Source: Thermofilum pendens Hrk 5 (GTDB taxonomy: Archaea > Thermoproteota > Thermoprotei > Thermofilales > Thermofilaceae). Taken from it: a stretch of DNA of 32,000 bases. Below are positions 7,920-16,016 of the stretch, piece by piece. Numbering within the stretch: the stretch's first letter is position 1; each line of letters starts with the position of its first letter. Below the pieces are notes generated by a model. That model had not been told where the DNA came from. It made no database searches and was given only the letters and a program-made list of their open reading frames with translations. The DNA lies in contig NC_008698.1 of NCBI RefSeq assembly GCF_000015225.1, positions 540,001 through 572,000 on the forward strand. The letters are read 5' to 3'. A program made the position numbers and the translations under genes.

Positions 7920-8711
7920 ATGGACCTGCTAGACCTGGCTATATACGTGCTTCCGCCCTACGTGGTCGCAACGCTGGCCTTCGGGGTAGCCTACAGGCTT
8001 TCGAGGTACCTGTTCCTCTGGAAGCGGGGCTACTCTGCCCCTAGGCGTGCTAGACCCATCGGAAAGCTACTCGTCGGGCTGGTAGTGACGTTCCTCGACC
8101 CACTTGTTCAGGCAGCTAAGAAGCGAAAGTCGGACTTCGTCGGCGGACTGATAGCCCTGCACATACTGGGGGTTATACCGCTGATATTCCTGCTATCGCA
8201 GCACGTCGCGATGTTCAGCTATTGGATCCCTCTCTACTCATTGCTAAAGCCTTTCGCTATACCCTCCTCTATAACCTCGGCGTCCCAGTATTTCTTCGCG
8301 AACGTGTTGCCGGCAAGCGAGATGGGGTGGGTTTTCACGAACAGCGTGTGGGGACCCCTAACCCTAATCCTTAACGGGGACCTCCTAGCGATACTCGCGA
8401 TTATAGGCGTATCCTACAAGCTTGGGGACAAGCTCGTGAGGCTCTACCACCGGCTGAGGCACGTGAGGGCTGGCGACTTCTTCGACTTAGCACTTTTACT
8501 CTCGATACTTGTCACGGGTTTCCTGGCAACGCACCACTTGCCCAGCCCGGACGTTACTACGTACAGGTTTATGCTGGGGCTACACATACTGCTCGCAGAG
8601 CTTCTTGTGGCTTTACTTCCCTTCACCAAGTTCTGGCACTTCGTGTTCGGGTATTGGTACGGCAAGCTCCACGAGTGGTACGAGTTAAAGTTCAATAGGG
8701 GATCCCTATGA
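7920..8711 (+). CDS. isp1: Isp1-type integral membrane protein (NarI/HdrE/DsrM-like putative di-haem b-type cytochrome)
   Basis: 263 aa with multiple hydrophobic helices and conserved-looking His residues (LHILGV, SQHVAMF, ATHHLP, LGLHILL, FWHFVFG). It sits directly after hynSL, as in Isp-type hydrogenase operons. Confidence 0.75.
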   Translation: MDLLDLAIYVLPPYVVATLAFGVAYRLSRYLFLWKRGYSAPRRARPIGKLLVGLVVTFLDPLVQAAKKRKSDFVGGLIALHILGVIPLIFLLSQHVAMFSYWIPLYSLLKPFAIPSSITSASQYFFANVLPASEMGWVFTNSVWGPLTLILNGDLLAILAIIGVSYKLGDKLVRLYHRLRHVRAGDFFDLALLLSILVTGFLATHHLPSPDVTTYRFMLGLHILLAELLVALLPFTKFWHFVFGYWYGKLHEWYELKFNRGSL

Positions 8712-10048
8712 GCTGGGAAGGCTACAACTACGAGGACGTTAGAAGGGCAGCTGAGGAGACAACTTCGCACCTTACACCAGTATCGTTACACTTCCTTGAA
8801 AACTGTGTTTCATGCGCGCTCTGCGAGGTGAACTGCCCCTACACGCCGGTGGGGGAGGAGTACGGCCCTGTAAGCAAGGCGGAACCCCTGCGGAACATTT
8901 ACCGCGGCAAGGTAAACATACTGCCGAGGCTGTTCCCGTGGCTCTTCGGCGCGAAGCTCCCAAAAACAAAGGAGGAGCTCGACAAGTGGGTTGACCTAGC
9001 CTACCACTGCACCAACTGCGGCCTGTGCTACATTACGTGCCCCTTCGGAATTCACAGTGGCGAAATGATAAAGACTCTGCGAGGCTTCCTAGCGAAGACT
9101 GGCAGGATACCGTCCCTGCTCAAGCTGATGGTAGACGCCGAGACCAGCGGAATGTTCGCCGAAAACCCTGGCTTCCGAGGGCTATGGGAGGACGTTATAA
9201 GGAAAACGCTGGAGGTAGCGAACGTGGAGTTCGACAGGAAGGGGGCAAAATACCTCTACATGCCGTCGCTGGCAGAGGCGATGATTACGCCTGGGGCTAT
9301 ACCGGCTACCGCAAGGATACTTTCGAAGCTAGGACTCAACTGGACCATGCCGAGGAACCCTCTCTCCATAAGGGCTCCTATAGGCTCGCTTGCGGGGGAC
9401 GATGAGTCGGTGAGGGTTGTCGCGAAAAGGATATACGACTACATAAAGTCCATTGGAGCGGAGTACGTGGTGTTCAGCGACGGCGGGTACCCCTACACTT
9501 TCTTCAGGTTTGACCTGCCCCGCATCGTCGGGGAGGAGCCGTCTTTCAAGGTCGTACACGTCGTGGAACTGCTAGTGGACGCTTTGAGAGAAGGAAAGGT
9601 CAAGTTTAAACAAACGCAGGAGCGCATAACATGGCATAGCCCGTGCAAAATGGGGCGTTTCGGCGGGTTAATAGAGGAGCCGGTCGAGGTTCTATCCAGC
9701 ATTTCACAGAACTTTGTAAAGCTCAAGAGCCACGGGCTTTTCAGTAAATGCTGCGGGGGAGGTGGCTCCATAGCGTGCATAGTTCCTCCGACGCAAGAGT
9801 TTATGGAGAAGGTGATGGGTATACCTCTAAAAGTCTCCGAGAACGAGAAAGCCTTCCTGGACAAACTATACAGGGACATGCTTATCGCCGGCCGTGAAAA
9901 AGTACAGGAGATCAAGGAATCCGGCGCCTCAACCGTGGTCACGGCGTGCATCGGATGCATACATACCCTAGGCTTCACAACCAGAGCCTACGACGTCAAA
10001 GTCACCCTAAAGACACTAGCGGAAGTAGTCGCAGAAGCCCTCGACTAA
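8708..10048 (+). CDS. isp2: Isp2-type iron-sulfur protein (HdrD/DsrK-like)
   Basis: There are two ferredoxin-type motifs, CVSCALCEVNCP and CTNCGLCYITCP, plus a C-terminal CCG-type cysteine domain (SPCKMG...KCCGGGGS...ACIGC). The start overlaps the isp1 stop (ATGA). Confidence 0.85.
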   Translation: MSWEGYNYEDVRRAAEETTSHLTPVSLHFLENCVSCALCEVNCPYTPVGEEYGPVSKAEPLRNIYRGKVNILPRLFPWLFGAKLPKTKEELDKWVDLAYHCTNCGLCYITCPFGIHSGEMIKTLRGFLAKTGRIPSLLKLMVDAETSGMFAENPGFRGLWEDVIRKTLEVANVEFDRKGAKYLYMPSLAEAMITPGAIPATARILSKLGLNWTMPRNPLSIRAPIGSLAGDDESVRVVAKRIYDYIKSIGAEYVVFSDGGYPYTFFRFDLPRIVGEEPSFKVVHVVELLVDALREGKVKFKQTQERITWHSPCKMGRFGGLIEEPVEVLSSISQNFVKLKSHGLFSKCCGGGGSIACIVPPTQEFMEKVMGIPLKVSENEKAFLDKLYRDMLIAGREKVQEIKESGASTVVTACIGCIHTLGFTTRAYDVKVTLKTLAEVVAEALD

Positions 10049-10053
10049 AAAAA

Positions 10054-10064
10054 TATTTTTATTT
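10054..10064 (+). promoter_or_regulatory. TATA-like box for hypA (its T-run could also terminate the isp2 transcript)
   Basis: TATTTTTATTT ends 30 nt upstream of hypA ATG 10094, in the 45-nt isp2-hypA gap. Confidence 0.45.
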
Positions 10065-10093
10065 CTATCACGTACATTCGGGGGTACTCAGGA

Positions 10094-10534
10094 ATGCATG
10101 AATGGAGTCTTATGCAGGCAGTCGTAGAGGCTCTACTGGAGTTTGCCGGGAGAAACGGTTTTTCTCGCATAAGCAGGGTTGTTGTCGAAGTTAACGAGGT
10201 CTCGCAACTCGAGGAAGATATCCTGCGAGAAGCATATAGCGTTTTAACAGAGAATACTATAGCCGAGGGTTCTACGCTGGTTATCGAGAAAGTCCCGGCG
10301 AGGTTTACCTGTAACTCGTGCGGATACACTTTCTCGCTTGAAGAAGCTCGGCGTGCACTTGAAAGGCTCGGCGAATACGCGATTCCAGACGAAGAAGGAA
10401 CGCTCGACATGCCTACTCACTATATACCGGCAGTTATTCACGGCTTTCTGCGGTGTCCCAGGTGCGGTAGCCGCGACATCTGGGCGGACATGACTAGCTC
10501 CCTAAGGGTAAAGGCCGTCGAGGGTGAACGATGA
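10094..10534 (+). CDS. hypA: Hydrogenase nickel-insertion protein HypA
   Basis: The N-terminus MHEWSLMQAVVEAL carries the MHE nickel-site signature. The zinc motifs are CNSCG and CPRCG, separated here by a long insert of about 44 aa. Confidence 0.92.
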   Translation: MHEWSLMQAVVEALLEFAGRNGFSRISRVVVEVNEVSQLEEDILREAYSVLTENTIAEGSTLVIEKVPARFTCNSCGYTFSLEEARRALERLGEYAIPDEEGTLDMPTHYIPAVIHGFLRCPRCGSRDIWADMTSSLRVKAVEGER

Positions 10535-11280
10535 TGTATAACAATCTCCTGTTCCTGCGGACAGCGAGGCGAAGGCTTTCCAGCGTTAAGCGCGTAGTAG
10601 TTTTCGGAAGTGGAAAGGGAGGCGTCGGGAAAAGCGTGGTTTCAGCCGCAACGGCGTTAGCTCTCTCCGAGAAAGGTTACAGGGTGGGTTTGCTAGACCT
10701 AGACGTACACGGACCTTCGTCTGCGAGAATCCTGAAGCCTGAAGGGCGCCCTTCAGGGTCGAAGCACGGAATAAGGCCTGTCAACGCGGGCGGTGTCGAG
10801 CTGATGACTGTGGAGTTCTTTCTTGGAGACCTCCCCCTCCCCCTCTCGGGCGGCGCTAAGACCTCGCTGGTTGCAGAGCTACTCATGAACGTAGACTGGG
10901 GGGAGAAGGATTTCCTAGTGGTGGATCTGCCGCCGGGACTGGGAGACGAGACTATAGTCCCGCTTAGAGTGTTGAAGAGCCTAGCACACACTTTCTTGGT
11001 CGTGACGTCGCCCTCCGCCCTCTCCTACTCCGTCGTGCGGAGGCTTCTGAGCTTCCTGGTAGAAGAAAGGGTGAACGTGGGTGGCTTAGTCGTTAACTAC
11101 GTTTCCCCGGTCGGCGAGGAGAGCTACGTTGAACGCTTGGAGGAAGAGTTCGGGATCATCGCGCTTGCAAGAATACCGTTTGACGAGAAGATGGAAGCCG
11201 CAATTTCGGAGCGCAACGTGAAGCTGGCTGAGACCTTCTTCAACGCGGTAAGGCTTCTCTCCGAGGTCCTCGCGCGTTAG
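10531..11280 (+). CDS. Mrp/MinD-family P-loop ATPase, likely acting as the HypA partner (ATPase-type HypB)
   Basis: It has the deviant Walker A FGSGKGGVGKS, plus DLD and a DLPPG switch region. The start overlaps the hypA stop (ATGA), implying translational coupling. No CxxC Fe-S bridging motif is seen. Confidence 0.8.
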   Translation: MMYNNLLFLRTARRRLSSVKRVVVFGSGKGGVGKSVVSAATALALSEKGYRVGLLDLDVHGPSSARILKPEGRPSGSKHGIRPVNAGGVELMTVEFFLGDLPLPLSGGAKTSLVAELLMNVDWGEKDFLVVDLPPGLGDETIVPLRVLKSLAHTFLVVTSPSALSYSVVRRLLSFLVEERVNVGGLVVNYVSPVGEESYVERLEEEFGIIALARIPFDEKMEAAISERNVKLAETFFNAVRLLSEVLAR

Positions 11281-12286
11281 AGAGCAGAGTTACGCGGCGG
11301 ACTGGGCAGACAATCCTACCGTTGAAGGAAGTCACCTTCTCCCCATTAAACCTGAAGAAAGGCTCTCTTCTGGAGTTTGCGATGAGAAACGCCTCTCTCA
11401 GCCTCTCCAGCTTGTCGCCCCCTTCGTCCCGCAGGATCGGCGTTAAGTCTACGAGGTTATCGTTCCTGTTGAGACATGGCTTTAGCTTGCCGTCGTGCGT
11501 TAGCCTGAGCTTTGTGCACATAGAGCAGAACGCCGGGTTGCAGTAATTGGCGATAACCTCTACTTTTATGCCTGTCTCCAGCTCGAAGACAGGTCTGGAT
11601 TGCAGTGGGCGCGTGTACACTTTGCGCGCCATGCCTTCTAGTTGCGGGAGGACGTTCTCTACGGGAACGTAAAGCTCATCGAACACGGCGCCCCCCTTAC
11701 CCGTTGGAATAAGCTCTATGAGGTTCACGTTGAACCCCTTTCTAGACGCGTAGTCAAGTACTTCGCCGAGTTGCCCGGCGTTGAGCTTTGTTAGCACAAA
11801 GTTGAGCTTTACCGGTAACCCATACTCGCTGGCAGCTTCCAGCCCCCTCAAAACTTTCTCGAACCCCTTTACTCGTGTAACACCCTCGAACACCTCAGGG
11901 TCAAAGGCGTGAAGGCTTACGTTAACCCTGTCTAGCCCTGCTTCGACGAGGCTGGGAACCCTTTTCTCCAGGAAGAAACCGTTAGTAGTTAAGGAGACTT
12001 CGACGCCTCTTCCAAAGGATTTCAGCCCTGCCACGATCCTCTCCAAGTCTTTCCTGAGTAGGGGTTCTCCACCCGTAAGCTTGAAGGTACCCACTCCCAG
12101 GCTGTGCGCAACACTGGCAACCTCCACTATCTCCGAAGCAGATAGCAGTGCGTTATTCGGTGGTTCTCCTTCACCGTGGCAGAATACGCAGTTAAAGTTA
12201 CACTGCGGTGTCACCGTTATTCTCAGATTCTCAAGCGGCCTGCCAAATCTGTCTACAAGCACGTACCTCGCAGAAAAATGTTGCAT
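11240..12286 (-). CDS. moaA: GTP 3',8-cyclase (molybdenum cofactor biosynthesis protein A), radical SAM
   Basis: Supporting motifs are VDRFGRPLENLRITVTPQCNFNCVFCH (CxxxCxxC) and the GGEPLL motif. The true start may be GTG 12262 (MLVDRFGR), which lies 29 nt after a CATATAAG box. The 3' end overlaps the convergent Mrp/MinD gene by 41 nt. Confidence 0.9.
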   Translation of the reverse strand: MQHFSARYVLVDRFGRPLENLRITVTPQCNFNCVFCHGEGEPPNNALLSASEIVEVASVAHSLGVGTFKLTGGEPLLRKDLERIVAGLKSFGRGVEVSLTTNGFFLEKRVPSLVEAGLDRVNVSLHAFDPEVFEGVTRVKGFEKVLRGLEAASEYGLPVKLNFVLTKLNAGQLGEVLDYASRKGFNVNLIELIPTGKGGAVFDELYVPVENVLPQLEGMARKVYTRPLQSRPVFELETGIKVEVIANYCNPAFCSMCTKLRLTHDGKLKPCLNRNDNLVDLTPILRDEGGDKLERLREAFLIANSRREPFFRFNGEKVTSFNGRIVCPVRRVTLLSNARGPRREALPR

Positions 12287-12451
12287 GCTACTTATATGCG
12301 TTATTTTTGTCTGAAAACAACGGCCTCGTATCTCAATTATTTAAAGCTTAGCAACTTTCTTAAAGTAGGAGGATTCTAATGGCTTTAGAGGTGTTCAACG
12401 CTTGTATCGTAAGTTTTAAGAAATCACTAAAGAAAGACGCGAGGAACGTAG

Positions 12452-13213
12452 ATGGAGAAGGGACTACTCTCGGTTCAGCACGTGAGAAAGTCCTTCGGCG
12501 GGGTAACCGCTGTGAAGGACGTCTCCCTAGAGCTAGGTGAAGGAACGCTAACGATGCTAATAGGCCCTAATGGGAGCGGGAAAACTACGCTCCTGAACAT
12601 CATTAGTGGAGTTATAGAGCCAGATAGCGGGAGGATTGTGTTCAAGGGGAGGGATATTACGCGGCTTTACCCTCACGAGAGGTACCGGTACGGCATCGCG
12701 CGGTCATTCCAAGTCCCGCAGCTCTTCACGTCCCTGAGCGTCCTGGAGAATGTCCTCGTATCCTCGCGGCTGTACCTGGAGGAGGACGCGCTTGGCATAC
12801 TTTTCACGAACAGTTGGGCCTTAAAGGACTGGGATCAGGCGCAGAAGGCCTTCGAGATACTCTCACTTCTCAAGCTGGACCACCTCTGGGACGCCCCGGC
12901 GCGCGCGCTCAGCGGGGGTCAGATGAAGCTTCTAGAGCTTGCAAGGGCTTTGATGAGTGATCCAAAGCTGATGCTTCTCGACGAGCCACTAGCAGGAGTC
13001 AACCCAGCGCTGGCACACGAGATAATGCAGGCTCTGCGCAGAGCGAGAGACGAGCTAGGGGTCTCGTTCCTTATTGTGGAGCACAGGCTCGACTTGGCGT
13101 CAAAGTATGTTGATTTTGTGTACGCGATGAACCAGGGAACGGTGATCTCGAGCGGGACTCCTGACGAAGTATTCGAAGATCCCATGGTAGTGGAATCTCT
13201 GCTGGGTGGGTAG
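12452..13213 (+). CDS. livG: Branched-chain amino acid (HAAT family) ABC transporter ATP-binding protein
   Basis: It has Walker A GPNGSGKTT, the signature LSGGQMKLLELARAL and Walker B LMLLDEP. The N-terminus is LivG-like (VRKSFGGVTAVKDVS). GAGGA lies 6 nt upstream of the ATG. Confidence 0.9.
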   Translation: MEKGLLSVQHVRKSFGGVTAVKDVSLELGEGTLTMLIGPNGSGKTTLLNIISGVIEPDSGRIVFKGRDITRLYPHERYRYGIARSFQVPQLFTSLSVLENVLVSSRLYLEEDALGILFTNSWALKDWDQAQKAFEILSLLKLDHLWDAPARALSGGQMKLLELARALMSDPKLMLLDEPLAGVNPALAHEIMQALRRARDELGVSFLIVEHRLDLASKYVDFVYAMNQGTVISSGTPDEVFEDPMVVESLLGG

Positions 13214-13934
13214 CATCGTGCCGCTTCTAGCTGTGGACAGCTTGAGCGTTGGGTATAACGGCATGGAAGTAGTCAGTAACGTCTCCTTCACTTTAGACAA
13301 AGGAGAATTCCTAGCCGTAGTGGGTCCAAACGGGAGCGGTAAGAGTACGCTACTGAAGGGGCTCTTTGGGCTTGCCGACGTGCTCGGCGGCAAGGTGCTC
13401 TTCGATGGACGCGACATCACGAGGCTTGCTCCGCACAAGAGGTCTCTCATGGGCATGGGCTACCTACCGCAGACGGGGAACGTGTTCGAAGAGTTAACAG
13501 GAAGGGAGAACCTCGTGCTCGCCGGGTACGACCTTCCAAGGGAGGATTTCGAGAGAAGGCTCGAAGAGGTGCTCGACTTCCTTCCGGAAGTCCGCGGCTT
13601 TCTAAACAGGAAGGCCACAACGCTGAGCGGTGGGGAGCGCCAAATGCTCGCATTAGCCATGCAACTCGTAAGGAAGCCAAGCCTCATAATGTTCGACGAG
13701 CCTAGCGCGGCGCTGGCGCCTAAGGTAGTCGAGCATGTCTTCGAGAGGATAAGGATGCTGAACAAGGGGCTGGGGATCACCGTGATCTTGGTAGAACAGG
13801 ACACTAGGAGGGCTTTGAAGATCGCGGAAAAAGCTCTCCTCCTAGTATCCGGGCGCACCAGGTTTTATGGCGACGCTGGAGAACTACTAGCCAGGAAGGA
13901 CCTGGTGGCGCTCTACCTGGGAATACAGGGGTGA
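13206..13934 (+). CDS. livF: Branched-chain amino acid ABC transporter ATP-binding protein
   Basis: It has Walker A GPNGSGKST, LSGGERQMLALA and IMFDEPS. The start is a GTG (13206, or 13218) overlapping the livG end. Confidence 0.9.
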   Translation: MGSIVPLLAVDSLSVGYNGMEVVSNVSFTLDKGEFLAVVGPNGSGKSTLLKGLFGLADVLGGKVLFDGRDITRLAPHKRSLMGMGYLPQTGNVFEELTGRENLVLAGYDLPREDFERRLEEVLDFLPEVRGFLNRKATTLSGGERQMLALAMQLVRKPSLIMFDEPSAALAPKVVEHVFERIRMLNKGLGITVILVEQDTRRALKIAEKALLLVSGRTRFYGDAGELLARKDLVALYLGIQG

Positions 13935-14833
13935 TGCTCATGCTGGCGCTACTCGTCGATGCACTGGTCTACGGGAACCTTCTAGCCCTTCTCTCGGTTG
14001 GACTCTCGCTGACGCTCTTGACGACGGAGGTTTCGAATTTTGCTCACGGCGACTTCGCGGTTATAGGCATCTATATAGCCTATACGCTTAGCCAAGTTCT
14101 AAACGTGACTCCCTATGCTTTCATCCCGGTAGCCTTTGCAGGCGGAGCGCTTGTAGGGCTAGCCGTTTACTTTCTCGTCTTCGATCCATTGCGAGACAAA
14201 GCCTCGTTTGTAACACTCATGATAGTCTCAATGGCGCTTGAGTTCATACTGAGGTACAGCGTGCAGATATACGCTGACGTTATGCAGAGATTGTTGAAGA
14301 CGTTCGGGAGAGGCTTCATGTTCAATGACGTTAGGCTAGCGTTGCTCGGTCTACACGTTGATGGCGTCGTTGTGTACTCGTCGATCACTACTCTCTCTTT
14401 GCTCGTCCTGCTATACGTTTTCCTCTACAGGACAAAGACGGGGACCGCCATGAGGGCGGCTATAGAGAATCCTCAGCTGGCGCAGACCTTAGGGATAAAC
14501 GTTAAGAAGGTTTACGCGTACAGCTGGATGCTCTCGGCGGGCTTTGCGGCAGCGGCGGGCGTTTTCCTACCCTTCAAGATAGTGGTAAACCCGGATACTG
14601 GCTTCTCACTTCTCCTATCGATGTTCGCGGCAGTCACGGTGGGAGGCTTGGGTAGCCTTGCGGGAAGCCTTGTAGGAGCCTACCTTATCTCGTTTTCCGA
14701 GATAGCTGCCACGTACTTCCTCTCCTCCCTGGGGCTCAGCACGTCCTACAGGGCGCTCGTCTCCTTTTTGTCGATCGCCGTCGTGCTCCTTCTATCCCCG
14801 AGAGGACTCGCCGGGCTGTGGAGCAAGAGGTAG
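13931..14833 (+). CDS. livH: Branched-chain amino acid ABC transporter permease
   Basis: 300-aa polytopic membrane protein with a LivH-like pattern (NFAHGDF, GTAMRA). The start is a GTGATG overlap with the livF stop. Confidence 0.88.
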   Translation: MMLMLALLVDALVYGNLLALLSVGLSLTLLTTEVSNFAHGDFAVIGIYIAYTLSQVLNVTPYAFIPVAFAGGALVGLAVYFLVFDPLRDKASFVTLMIVSMALEFILRYSVQIYADVMQRLLKTFGRGFMFNDVRLALLGLHVDGVVVYSSITTLSLLVLLYVFLYRTKTGTAMRAAIENPQLAQTLGINVKKVYAYSWMLSAGFAAAAGVFLPFKIVVNPDTGFSLLLSMFAAVTVGGLGSLAGSLVGAYLISFSEIAATYFLSSLGLSTSYRALVSFLSIAVVLLLSPRGLAGLWSKR

Positions 14834-15888
14834 AGGAAATGGACCCCCTAATGTTCCTAGTTGACCTAGGAGTTCTGTACTCGGTGTACGTTATCCTAGC
14901 ATCGTCTTTGAACCTCGAATACGGGGAGCTAGGGCTACCTAACTTCGCCAAGTCCGCCTTCTTCGCGGTTGGAGCATTTTCCGTAGGGGCTCTCTCCGTC
15001 AGGCTTGGAACCCTTCTTCTAGGGATCACCATGGAGGGAGAATTCAAGCTGAAAAGCGTGTACTACGCTACGCTTGTCTCGCAAGCACTCGTCAACTCTC
15101 CTCAGCTCGGCGTTATACTCTTCGTTGTTCCCCTTATGATAGCCGTGCCCCTGGCCGCTCTGCTGGGAGTACTCGCTTCATACCCTGCCTTAAGGCTCCG
15201 GGAAGACTACCTGGGAATGTTACTCATAGCGTTCAGTGAGATAATCAGGGTGGTCGCCAGGAACTACGAACCCCTCGTAGGCGGTACTTACGGAGCCGGC
15301 GTCGTAGACTTCCTCGCTTGGATACCTCCTCCATTGAAGCAGGTAGTCCTCCTGGCGTTATCGTCTTCGATCGCCTTTGCGATTTGGTTAGCCTACTACA
15401 GGCTTTCGAGGTCGCCTTTCGGGAGAGTCTTGAGGGCTATACGGGACAACGAACTCGCGGCTTCTGTGCTCGGGAGAGACGTAGCCAAGATGAGAATGAC
15501 CGTAATGGCTCTGGGATCCGGGATGGCAGCCGTTGCCGGTGTGCTCTATGCGTTCTACGTAGGGTCTGTAAACCCGGACGACTTCACGATTTCGAAAACG
15601 TTTTTGGTAGCATTGATGGTGATAATTGGTGGGAGAGGAAACCCTTACGGGGCACTTGTAGGCCCGGCAACGTACATAGCGGTAGACAGGTCTATACAGT
15701 TCGTGAAGCAGTACTTAGCGTTGCCGTTCGACCCGAACTACGCTTCCTATGTTATTCTCGGCGTAGCCTTAATCCTCATAGTAATGAAAAAGCCGGAAGG
15801 CATTGCTCCGGAGAAACCAGCAATCACGTTGCCAAGCGCCCTACGCCGGGCTCTATCGCCACGACACACTGTGCCAAAGCCCGATTAG
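14818..15888 (+). CDS. livM: Branched-chain amino acid ABC transporter permease
   Basis: Polytopic membrane protein with a LivM-like pattern (LNLEYGELGLPNFAKSAFFAVGAF, RAIRDNELAA). The start is either GTG 14818 or, perhaps more likely, ATG 14839, which is preceded by GAGG. Confidence 0.88.
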   Translation: MEQEVEEMDPLMFLVDLGVLYSVYVILASSLNLEYGELGLPNFAKSAFFAVGAFSVGALSVRLGTLLLGITMEGEFKLKSVYYATLVSQALVNSPQLGVILFVVPLMIAVPLAALLGVLASYPALRLREDYLGMLLIAFSEIIRVVARNYEPLVGGTYGAGVVDFLAWIPPPLKQVVLLALSSSIAFAIWLAYYRLSRSPFGRVLRAIRDNELAASVLGRDVAKMRMTVMALGSGMAAVAGVLYAFYVGSVNPDDFTISKTFLVALMVIIGGRGNPYGALVGPATYIAVDRSIQFVKQYLALPFDPNYASYVILGVALILIVMKKPEGIAPEKPAITLPSALRRALSPRHTVPKPD

Positions 15889-15976
15889 AGCAGAAAACCA
15901 CTAGGGAAGAGGACGTCGCTTTCGCGTGCGAGTTTGTAAGGCTTGTGGGACGATAATACTGGCGCTTACAATAGAA

Positions 15977-15986
15977 AAATTATTTA
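15977..15986 (+). promoter_or_regulatory. TATA-like box for the acetyl-CoA synthetase gene
   Basis: AAATTATTTA ends 31 nt upstream of ATG 16017. Confidence 0.45.
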
Positions 15987-16016
15987 GTTGTAAAGCGGCT
16001 TTCTACCGGCGGTTCG

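Noticed and set aside
11240-11280. Two gene-pair overlaps in the window are both exactly 41 nt: moaA with the Mrp/MinD gene (convergent) and 3909-3949 (co-directional)
   Set aside because: The two overlaps share no sequence similarity and have different geometry, so I treat the equal length as coincidence.
12379-12540. 53-codon ORF with a strong AGGAGG 6 nt upstream, starting in the moaA-livG gap and overlapping the livG start in another frame
   Set aside because: More than half of it runs out of frame through livG. The peptide has no features, and livG has its own SD and a family-typical N-terminus. A leader peptide cannot be excluded, but there is no supporting evidence.
15318-15956. 212-aa plus-strand ORF overlapping livM in another frame
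   Set aside because: It is out of frame within a clear polytopic permease gene. The translation is Arg/Gly/Cys-rich and not protein-like.
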